Source of the DNA: Octopus sinensis
Taxonomy: Eukaryota
NCBI RefSeq assembly: GCF_006345805.1
Contig: NC_043007.1
Span: 46,128,001 to 46,192,000 of the forward strand
Direction: 5' to 3'
DNA length: 64,000 bases
Shown here: piece after piece, positions 53,798 to 64,000 of the stretch
Layout: every line of letters starts with the position of its first letter
How positions within the stretch are numbered: the first letter of the stretch is position 1
The notes under the pieces: generated by a model
The model's database searches: none
What the model saw: only the letters and a program-made list of their open reading frames with translations
Told to the model about the DNA's origin: nothing
Made by a program: the position numbers and the translations under genes

Positions 53798-54022
53798 CAA
53801 AATGTGACCTTTCAAAATGTGACCTCATGTGTACCGTTGGCGATTTTTTTCTTCTGTCTTCCTTTCTCTGGATCTTTCCTTCTCCTATGTTTCCGACGAA
53901 GAGCTCCGCTCGAAACGTTAAACCCTCCTTCTTCCCTTCTTTCCTGAGCGTCCAATAATACTATATTTGTTCCACGTCCTCGCGTTGTGTTTTTTTTGGG
54001 TTTTCTTGTTTGGATTAACTAT
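53798..54022 (+). mobile_element. Penelope-like pLTR/3' terminus between (TA)n tracts
   Basis: Pyrimidine-rich segment containing ccgacgaagagctccgctcgaaacgtt, the hammerhead-like signature found in PLE terminal repeats. Confidence 0.7.
53889..53923 (+). ncRNA. Minimal (dimer-type) hammerhead ribozyme motif
   Basis: gttt CCGACGA a gagc-tcc-gctc GAA ACGT T aaac. Stem I gttt/aaac, palindromic stem III ACGT, GUU triplet, U4C core variant. Confidence 0.6.
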
Positions 54023-55360
54023 ATATATATATTATATATATATATATATTATATATATATATATATATGTAGTATGGTGGCTTATTTCACACGTAATCTA
54101 AGCACCAGCTAATTGCTGTAACTGATTATTGAAACTTGATACGTTCGCGTCTTTCTTCTCTGGATGTCTACTATATCAGGATTTTAATCCACGTGGGTCT
54201 ACGCAGGACTGCACCTAAGGACTTATGTTCTTGTTTCTCTAACTTAGGAAAATTGAACTATGAACTTTTATGCTTCCTTTTCCTTTTTTCTTTCCATTTC
54301 CATATTCCCTTACTCCCTTCCTCTATGGCGACTTCTTGTTAATGCATATCATTCTGATTTCCCCTGATTTTCCCTATTTGTCTTTGATGACGTGATATCT
54401 CATACTCGGGCATATCCCAGAAACAGCTATAATATTTTGAATTTTTTCTAGTAATAATATTATATACGACTTCAGATAGTTGCCTTGCCTTAACGTTTGT
54501 TGTCCTGTTTAACTATTATGCATATATATATGTATGTGTGTGTGTATATATGTACAAATACACACACGGGCAGAAACACAGGCGCACATATATATACATG
54601 TATAAGACTTTATGGATGGATATGAATGTTTAGTAGGTGAAAGGTCGGTGATAGAAAATATATTTCTATAGATATAGCGCAAGCCTTATAAATATCAACA
54701 ACATTAAAATTACTTGGATAGTCTGATCATCACTACTACACTCCAGAACAAAAACAGCCACAGCTCAAGGTATTAACTTACTACGTATAGAGAGAGAAGA
54801 GGCATCAGTTAGTTTAACTGAATTCACTTAGTTACATAATTCATTCTACCTTTATAGATATCATAATTTCAGATACCACAACAAGATATAAAACCATACA
54901 TATTGAAGTTATGTTATCCACTCAAGTGAAAGACTATGCACAACAGACTTGCAATGATATGGAATAAACTAAATTTGCCAGTGGCAAGATTTTAAGAGAA
55001 AAATCATTTTTCTTATTATGGTTTTAGTTTATGGATGTAAAATAAACATTTCATACGATGAATCGTTAATATAAAAGCCAGCGGACATCCTTTTGTATTC
55101 GTATCCACGGTAATAGATGGAATTTTGCAGAATACTTGTAACCAAGCGAATACTTGTTTAATTCTACAATTCTGGCATATTTGCATCTGTCTGTGTCTCT
55201 GTGTCTCCCGGTCTGTCTATTCCATTGTATATGTGAGTATATATATATTATATCTAATACATTACACACACACATGAGTGCTTTGGATTTTTAACCCAAC
55301 ATATATTATTACCTATTTAAACAGTAAAAACAGTGGTAATATTTGTAGGTATGTATAAAT

Positions 55361-55472
<112 letters not shown>

Positions 55473-56399
55473 TACCTTATATGTATATGCAGTGGGGTGA
55501 GGTTTAATAAACCTTCTAATTTTTCTAAGTGTTTCAAAAAATAATATAAAAACTAGTCGGTAATACTTTTGCTCTATATAGAGGTCGATTCGAGTATAGA
55601 ATGGAGGCAGTTGCTTCATCGCGAAGGATAGGGAGACATGTAGATTTCTCACACAATCAAATCAAATGGTGGTAAATACAGAAATGGTCAGTCTTCATCA
55701 CTTTATTATCTCAATTCTTTAATTTAACTTAAATTCTTAATTTATCTTAAATTTATCATAAATTCTTAATTTAACTCGTCACTTTTTTTTGCACTTCATT
55801 CCCTATAATGTGAACATGAGGATAGAAATATAATTTATAATCAACCAATTCCTTTCTTTTTAGTCTAGTTCCTTATTTTTGAATTTTTAAAATATTTTGA
55901 TAGTAATTGTACTTTGTCTGTTACTATAACTCTGCTCTTAGGTTTGCATGTAAAGTACTGAAAAAGGGATATTGTTTTGTGCAGACATTCTCACACTAAA
56001 TAAAATGATAGTAGTTTATAACGCTGATTTGCATTTGGGATTTAAAAACAATTTTATTTTTATTCATGGATGTGCTGTTACATATTCTTGGATTGCTGAC
56101 TTAAATATCTAAACCATTTTGCTCTGTCATATAAGGATGTTGAATAAAATACAAATTAATAATAATAAAAGAATGTAAATTTTTGATAAATTGTTACTTT
56201 ACTAAAATGAAACAAGTAATCAAGGAAAAGCTCATTCTGTTAGTTTTAAGAACATATGTTTTCCAAATCAACATGAAATGAACCACGTTCATAATGAAAT
56301 GAATCAGAATTATCAACATCAAGCCAAATGAATGTAAAAAATTATGCTTCTAATGTTTAGCCTACATATTGATTCAAAGGAAGGAGGACCGCTTTGATT

Positions 56400-57967
56400 T
56401 CCGATTGTACTGTGCTTCAAGAACATCACGTTTTAATAACCAGCAGTAATTCTCCACCATGCTGATATTCCATTTGCCTTGGTATTGAGTTTCCATGGTG
56501 CAAATACCTTGATGGAAGGTTCTCCTTGTTCCACACTGTAGTACCCACAATTCTTTGGAAAATAGTCAAGATGCGAGTGCAAAAAAAGCATCTTCACACT
56601 TATTCTAGATCCAAGTTGTTAGGAACTTGGTATCAGGTCTTGGATCATTCTTTTCATATTCCGAGGAGATGGTGTTTCCCAAGAAGTTTTGCAAAATCTT
56701 CTTGAAGGAAAATCAGGCATTCACTTCAACACCTGCTAATGCTTCCTCAAAATGCTTGTCCCTCATCAATACCCAAATCTGAGGGCCAACTAAAATTCCT
56801 GCATTTAGCTTGCCTTCACTTTGATACCAGGTACTTGAGAGCAGTTACATTCTTCCGCAAAAAGCCCTAATTTGATGTGGAGTGGTGGCAGTAGAAATAA
56901 TAGCACAGCTTTCACGTTTCCGGGTAAGAAGATAGTTCTTGGTGGCTAGTCTTCTTGTTCATAGTGCTGGCTGTCTGCCCTATTATCCCAAAGGCACAGA
57001 AAACAGGGATACTTAGTGTATCCCCCTTGAAGTCCTACAATAAATTTTATATCACCACAAAAGTGAAAGTTGTGGTTACGTTCCTTGATTGCTGTTATTA
57101 CTGTCTTCTTATTTTCGTAAGGTTCTGACATTTGGGTACTATGGTCGATTAACACAGATGCAGCTGTGTTGCTACTATAGAGAACAGCCTTTAAACTTCT
57201 GTTATAAGAATCACTGGAGAGCCTCCATTCATCTGCTTCGTACGACATTCGTATGTGTTTAATAAAGTCAGAAATATTTGAACAGAAATATAAAGAAGCC
57301 TCTTTCTCGAAGAACTGAGTGAATTCCGCTACGCGATGACACGACACCAAGCGACTGTTCTTCCAGGAGCTAGAAGCTTGTGTTCCTGCAGTCTAGAGCC
57401 AAGTAACTGTGCTCTTTCTTTTGGAAGGTTAGGATCTCTAACGAAACCATTCAATTCAATTTGGTTGAAGAATTTGGGATCGTAACTTGTTGGCGGCTCA
57501 TAGTCAACTTCCATCCCATTAGTATCACTAGTATCAGACTCTGATGAAATTTGCCGTGTCTCAGGTGGCACAGGTACATGTATATAAGCTGAGTGTGGAA
57601 CAGGTCTTATTGCTGAAGGAATATTTGGGTATATTATATGATTTTTAGTCTTCTTACTGAATCCAGCTACTTTAGTCATACAAAGGTAGCAGTCATCATA
57701 GTGGTTCATCTACCCCCGCCATACCATTAGTATTTCAAAGAGCATACATTCAAGTTTCCCAACTGACCCCATTCGAAGATTACCGATGCAACTCTTTCAG
57801 GTTTTGTGAGATACAAATGGCTTGCCTTGGTCTTCCAGTTTGCAGCCAAACTAAGTTAAACAGCAGCGCTTCAACAAGCGAGTAATATTCCTCCTGGAAT
57901 CTGAAGGGGTGAATTGCCCGCAGACATAGCAGAATATATCTGGTGAATTGGTGCAGCCTGTAGACAT
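56400..57967 (-). pseudogene. Chapaev3-type (CMC superfamily) transposase, inactivated
   Basis: Frameshifted but collinear motifs: MSTGCTNSPDIFCYVCGQFT, EDQGKPFVSHK, MVWR..NHYDDCYLC, SAIRPVPH, GLQGGYTKYPCFLCLWDNRA, LLPPLHIKLGL, FLHSHLDYFPKNCG...EQGE.FHQ...YQGKWN...YCWLLKRD. The family name is assigned from recalled motifs. Confidence 0.75.
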
Positions 57968-58419
57968 ATTCACAGGCTGAAAATAAAGAAACATGTATTA
58001 GATTTAACATTTCAGTCAATATAATGTAAGCATTTTAATTTAACATTTACTTACACAAAAAGAGAAAAGTAACGTCTCCGGATAACATAACAACCTAATG
58101 TGATAGCGATGAATAAAACATATTTATCGACACTTTTCGGAATATATATTCCTTTTCTTTCAATCTTTTTAGTGTAAAGCCAAATTGAACTCTATGTTCT
58201 CATTCAATTTCTCCATTCATAAACATTCTAGGGATCGTGAATTTTCCTGTGGAGGTAAAATGTTTTTGAGAATGCCATCGAATTGCTGATCCTTTCTTAT
58301 TTTTCGCTCTGAGCAGTTTGAGAGACGTTTCATATTTGAGAATGTATTGGTGTATTGTTTTATTCCATCTTATTCTTCTAGGATATGAATGACTATATTG
58401 CATCTCATGTTTAACATCT

Positions 58420-58587
58420 ATGCTTTCGTCTATCACATTGTGGTACAAACCCATGTCTGCAATGAGAGCTCGTGTATATACAATTTTCGCTCTCTCGCTG
58501 GTCTTCATTATCGCCGTGTTTGTTGCTCTTACTTTTGACATCACTAACAGTCGTAATGTCTGCAGTCATTTCTTGTCAAATATATAA
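58420..58587 (+). CDS. Candidate small signal-anchor ORF or first coding exon (55 aa, unverified)
   Basis: MLSSITLWYKPMSAMRARVYTIFALSLVFIIAVFVALTFDITNSRNVCSHFLSNI has basic residues then a 19-residue hydrophobic stretch. Possible donor c|gtaatg at 58553. No homology recognised. Confidence 0.2.
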   Translation: MLSSITLWYKPMSAMRARVYTIFALSLVFIIAVFVALTFDITNSRNVCSHFLSNI

Positions 58588-59239
58588 TGAACGTTTAGAG
58601 TTTAACGTTAGTATTGTTGCAGGTATTTATCTAAGGCAGCAGATTGCAGCAGTTATTATTGAAAACCCCTCTTCCAGCTGCTGTTAGCGTCGCAGTGGAA
58701 TGAGAAATTATCGGCGTGAAGATAGAAAGAAATAACAAATAATACATTACTTTCGCCAAATATAGATAATATGTAAACATTTAAGCTCTGCTTCTCTTCC
58801 TACATACAGCAAAAGCAAAATAAATACGCCAACTCTCTTTCTCTTCTTTTCACTCACTCTGTCTCTGTGCATACATACACACATACACGCACACACACTA
58901 ATACACACATATATTCCTACATATGTATGCGTATAAGAAAAACAATGAATTTTGATGTCAAGCAAGCCATTTTTCAAAGCACGACTTTCTACACTAAGAT
59001 CCATAATAGTTTAGTTTTATCAGGTTCAAAGCCGTCTATATTTACTGAGGTGAAACCAAACGCTGTGAAACTAATGGTGTTAGGAAGAGAAGTAACTACG
59101 TAAGATATATGCATCCTCATCATGAGGACCTGTAGAGGAAGAGCTTCATAGGGGAATTCTTCGGAATTTAAGTAACCCATCTCTGGGAACATGAGTGTTT
59201 TGTTCATAATCCTTATTTGTTCATAATCCTTAAACAAAC

Positions 59240-59500
59240 CTTATTCACGGACCCTTTGAGCGGCATGGGCTGCTAGAGCCGAAGGAAATTCCAACCGGGC
59301 CCCACTTGTAAGGTCATGCATTGTTTATCTTCATATGACATAACAATCTCTCGTAATTTGGTTTGAAATGCATGTGCCTGGTGTTGCCTTATCAGGCGGG
59401 TAGTCATGATGGGTATATTCAACTTCGTATATTTCTACCCCAACATCAATTTGATGGCGTGTACCCCTCTCTCACTCAATCATAACAACAAGGAAAACAA
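59240..59500 (+). mobile_element. Second copy of the retroposon 3' end seen at 1-383
   Basis: gaaggaaattccaaccgggcccc...ccttatcaggcgggtagtcatgatggg...ctctctcactcaatcataacaac. Confidence 0.6.
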
Positions 59501-59929
59501 CAAGAATAGAAACAACAGCAGCAGCAACATCAACAGAAATTACATTTATGTATTTGTGTTGCAAGATTCCACATGTGAAAGCATAGGTTGAAACAGATGC
59601 GGTAATATTTCTATTATATGTAAGTATCTTATTTTATGAAATAAGCACACTCACTATATATTCGTTCGTTACTCGTTTATTACTGTTCTTATTTTAACTC
59701 ATGTCTATTGTCCGGAAATCCTTTGTCATACATTTGTGACCTCTTTAGTGACACTTTCCGTCCTCGTGTATGTTCCTTCTCTGCTTAATCCATTCTGTTC
59801 TTCTATGAATAGATTCTCCCTAATGTTTTGTACATCTCTCATGACACATTACAGTATTTGACAATCTAAAAGTGCTGGTGTCGTAAATTACACCCACTCT
59901 CTCAACGTCTTTATTTCGGGCCATCATTT

Positions 59930-61000
59930 CTTCATTGGCTCTCGTCATTAGCAGAAAATCTGGCGTTTATGTAACTGTCTGTTGCAGTGCGACTTTTGTT
60001 TCTAGAGCGACGTGGGATTCCAATAGTATTGCTGGCAGTGGTATAGGTAGCAATGGTTTTGCTCACGGTTGTATTGCTGGTCGGGTTGTCTTTTGATGTG
60101 TCCGTGTTCATTGAGAGAGGGTTGGTGTGAGTCAATGCGCTTTTTCTCTCCTTCCTTGTATTCTTTTTTTTTGGTGGGGCGGGAGTCCTTCAAGTCTTCA
60201 TTTCGAAATGTGGAGGAATCAGTGTCTGTGGAAACTCTCTCGGTTAGGGTGAGACTATATTTCTATGAGTATCTAGGTGTGAGTGTGTTTGAGAAAGGAT
60301 ATTAGGAAGAGCCGGGTTGAAGGACTCCGTGTGTGGTCCTTTCTATCGATCTTTTGTTGATATTAGTGGGGACGGTGGCGATGCTGCTGCTACCTCTGTC
60401 GCCAAAGACGAAGCTACCACTACAAACGGCGATACATGGTGTTGTGAATTTTAGTGATGTAATTTTCTCTTGTTTTTGTTGTCGTAGCAGCGGCCGTGTG
60501 GACAACGGTGGGGCCCTCGTTTCTTTTTTCTTTTTTCTTGCTTTTGCTGTTTAGGCAGAACGCCAGCATGTGATCCGTCATTTGTTGATGTGGCAATTCA
60601 GTTGTCTGCTCCCAGTAGTGATTCGTAACTCTGCTCCACTCGCCAGGGAGATCAGGTAGAGGATCCACACCTGCTGATCAGGATTTACATTTAGAAATAC
60701 CTCCAGTCGAGCTCCACCTCCGGTTGTCTTGAGGTCCATGAGAGTTTCACTACCTTTAACAACCACGTAAACCAAGGAACACCACGGTTCTCGTGCCACA
60801 TCTTGAATGGTAATTTCCATTACCCTGCTTCCCCAATACATAGGGAAGAGGAGGAAATCTTCGCTTATGGCTTGGCAAGGCGTCAGTCTTAAATAAGACT
60901 TCGAGCCTGCCAAACTGTCTTACTTTCGATACTTGATCAATATTCTACCATGGAGTTCCATGACCATATCCCAGCACCTAGGTTTGAAACTAATGCATCT
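59930..61000 (-). mobile_element. Tx1/L1-clade LINE ORF1 remnant
   Basis: Minus strand FPMYWGSRVMEITIQDV...GAELRITTGSRQLNCHINK/HMLAFC (decayed zinc knuckle), followed by K/E- and T/S-rich low-complexity sequence as in Tx1 ORF1. Confidence 0.5.
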
Positions 61001-61664
61001 GTCACAATTTTCCGTGTCGTTACTAGAGTTACTGACGAGTGGGCGTAAACTTTTCCCATTTTCCCTCAAGTTTTCTAAATCAAACTACAGCAATCAGTTC
61101 TGAGGCTTTACTTTTCAATTGTTCTTGGTGGCTTTGTTATTGCTATTGCTTTTGCTACCAGCGCTGCTATTCACGCCGCCAATATTGTCTCCTTCAACTT
61201 CGCTCTCGCCATTATTGTTAGGAGTGCAGCTACTGTTTACGCCGCTATTGCTGTCATTGCTACCACAACCACCAATAACATTCCTGCTATTGTTGCTACT
61301 GCTGCTGTCGCTGATAATGTAACTACCACTGCTTTGCAGCTTCTGAGATCTTCTTTAGGGACGCTGATTTTGTTGCTGTTCCTGCTAACATCATCCTCAC
61401 CCGGCTGTACGCGAGACAGACCTACACACACAAAAACAATGCAAACACTAGTACAAAAAAAGAATGCAACCATACCTCATAACATAACAAACTGACGCAA
61501 TTCAATACTAGGAAGTATTTGCACTACCCCAGCAACAAAAAAGAACACACAATGCTGCACACATCCCAGCAACACAGTGGTGTATCAGTTGATGCAATAA
61601 AAATTTGCATGAAGCTACTAAATTTTGAATAAGAGTTATAATAATCCTTTCTACTGGAGGTACA

Positions 61665-61817
61665 AGGCCTGAAGTTTGGGGGGAGGGGACTTGTGTTTTA
61701 CTCCAAAGGATGAAAGGCAAAGTCGACTTGCGTGTAATTCGGACTCAGAACGTCAGGCGGGCGAAGTGCCACTAAGCATTTCGCCCGGCATGCTAACAAT
61801 TCTGCCAGCTCACCGTC
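61665..61817 (-). mobile_element. SINE family B
   Basis: Reverse complement agacggtgagctggcagaattgttagcatgccgggcgaaatgcttagtggcacttcgcccg...gtcgactttgcctttcatcctttgg. Confidence 0.85.
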
Positions 61818-61849
61818 TTGGTAATAGTAATAGTAGTGGTAATAATAAC

Positions 61850-63560
61850 AGTGCTTGGCACTGGCACCTTTATCTGGCATACTAAATAGAACTGGATGTG
61901 GATACAACTGTTATGGCAAAACAATCAGCTACCTCTTATATATAGATGGTCTAAAAACTGTACGCTACAAATGATAAACAGTTGGAAACATTACTACAGA
62001 CAATGCATGAAGTTACCAAAGAAATAAATGTGAAATTTAGCTTAGAAAAATGTGCCGAAGCAACATTGAAATGAGGAAAACTAGTTAAGTGTAGCAACAT
62101 CACACTGGATTATACAAATGAAATAAGAAAATTAGACTAAAGCCAGACGCATAACTACTTAAGAACGAATGAACTATATACGATAGAACACACACAAATG
62201 AAAGAGAAAATAAGATAAAGATTATAGACGAGTTAAATATTAATACTGAAAACAGAGCTCAATGCGACAAATAAGATAATACGTATCAACACTCTAGCCG
62301 TCCCAGTTATAAGTTACAGCGACAATATTCTTAACTGGACTCTAAATGAATTAATGAAAATAGACAGGAAAACAAAAAAATTAAATAATGACAGGATTAA
62401 GGATACAGCACCCAAAATCTGACATAGAAAGGTTATATATGCAACGTATCGAAGGCCTTATACATGTAGAAAACTTTTACAAAATAACCACCATAGAACC
62501 ACAAAAATACCTACTTCAGAAGCAAGGAAAGCTGATTCAAATAGCCACAAAACACGAACAAAACAAAACTGCAGTCTTTAAGGAAGCTGACAAATACAAA
62601 AAAGGAGTCATACTACCTAACAAGTATGAAGAAAAACGAGAAACAAAATCTGTAAAAAAACTGAAACCCAAACTAAAACTGGAACAGCAACATATGGTGA
62701 AACGATGGCAGTAAAAGTCCGTTCATGGCAAATACTGGATTTAAGTGAATAGAAACGATATAGACAAAGCAAAATCCTAACAGTGACTGAGAAGCTCAGG
62801 ACTCAAAGAAGAGACTGAAGGATTTTTAATTGCGGCAGAAAATCAAAGGCTTCTCGCTAGAAATCAACAAAAACATGTAATGAATAGAAATACAACAAAT
62901 AACTGCTGAATATGTGGAGATGGCGAAGAAGCAATACATCATATTGTCTCTGGTTTCCAAATCCTGGCTAAGAAGGAATATATTCACAGACACGACAGAG
63001 CTGAGACCTATATACACTGGCAGCTATGCCAACACTATGAAATAACTACAGACAAATGTGGTATAAGCGCACCCCAAAATGGTCACAGAAAATGAGAAAG
63101 CAACCATAATATGGGATATGCCAATACACGCAGATAGAGAAATAAAAGCTAATACGACAGATATAGTTGTCAAAGATCACCAAGGAAAAATGCTTTCTAA
63201 TCGATGCATCAGTACCAACAGATAACAATGTTTCTCTAAAAGAAACGGAGAAACTTTCAAAATACAAAGATCTGGAAAAAGAGGTAACTCGAATGTGTAA
63301 TCTAAAAGCAGAACCAATTCCTATCATATTAGGCGCATTAGGCATGATAAAAAAAAACATTCAGACAAATACATTACAAAACATCAGAACTAACAAGTAT
63401 ATATAACATACAGAAAATAGCATTACATTGCGTCGCACACATTTTGCGCAAAACACTTTCTGTACAGTAAAAACAAGAGCATCACAACAAATTACAAAAC
63501 AAACCCAAGGCACACAGATGCTCTCGGTAGTGCAGTGAAAGCACGTAATTAAGATAAGAC
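61850..63560 (+). mobile_element. R4/Dong-clade LINE, 5'-truncated: RT C-half, CCHC finger, restriction-like endonuclease, 3' UTR
   Basis: ISYLLYIDGLKLY (RT YMDD site), FSLEKCA, HPKSDIERLYMQR, WLRSSGLKEETEGFLIAAENQ, C*ICGDGEEAIHHIVSG...HRHD, IWDMPIH.DREIKANTTDIVVKD, CFLIDASVPTDNNVSLKETEKLSKYKDL...PIILGALG. Confidence 0.92.
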
Positions 63561-63585
63561 TACTGAATAACAATCATAATGGTAC

Positions 63586-63587
63586 AA

Positions 63588-63685
<98 letters not shown>

Positions 63686-63778
63686 ACTACTACTACTACT
63701 ACTACTACTAATAATAATAATAACAATAACAATAATAATAATAATGACGATGACGATGATGATGATGAGGATGATCAT
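63586..63778. repeat. Compound (ACT)n-(GCT)n-(ACT)n-(AAT)n-(GAT)n tail
   Basis: Direct reading; lies immediately 3' of the R4-type LINE. Confidence 0.95.
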
Positions 63779-64000
63779 TGGAAGTGAAATAAGTAGTACT
63801 TTGATTGATGGACATATTAAAATCATCTTCCGTAGATAAACTCAACCGCCGAGTATGCGACCGGTAACATATTCTGTTGACAGTCAACGCATGTTGACTA
63901 AAAGCGGACCTCTCTTGAAAATAAACTGAGAATGAAAAATTATGTAATAGCATAACAGAAAGAATTTTGCTGGATGCTCTCTCCATTTTGCTAATAGCTT

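Noticed and set aside
58200-58544. 114-aa minus-strand ORF
   Set aside because: It has a non-ATG start in the track, no recognisable motif and no good splice context. It is kept only as context for the plus-strand candidate.
61005-61030. Other CTGANGA heptamers (e.g. 128, 985, 1382, 36224, 57540, 61006) as hammerheads
   Set aside because: None has a stem II followed by GAAA and a closing stem I.

Overview
This is AT-rich, microsatellite-dense, repeat-dominated metazoan DNA. The two tRNA-derived SINE families and the Tx1, R4 and Penelope remnants resemble octopus repeats as I recall them, so a coleoid cephalopod source is an inference. No host protein-coding gene can be supported, and most ORFs in the supplied track are translations of (TA)n, (CA)n or trinucleotide tracts. 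The window holds decayed Tc1/mariner elements (7-8 pieces), a Chapaev3-type CMC transposase, Tx1 and R4/Dong LINE pieces, about 7 Penelope-like (PLE) fragments and many SINEs. The standout is a non-coding 476-478 bp tandem repeat at 46085-47799. Every complete unit carries a type I hammerhead ribozyme with an intact core, and the units are arranged head-to-head inside a (TA)n tract. This is the architecture of a non-LTR retrozyme (ribozyme-processed circRNA retroelement). Other notable features are a minimal PLE hammerhead at 53889-53923, a ~3.9 kb near-perfect palindrome flanked by a 12-bp direct repeat (21007-24950), and a PLE with an inverted 5' junction. Identities quoted are by eye; no searches were run.
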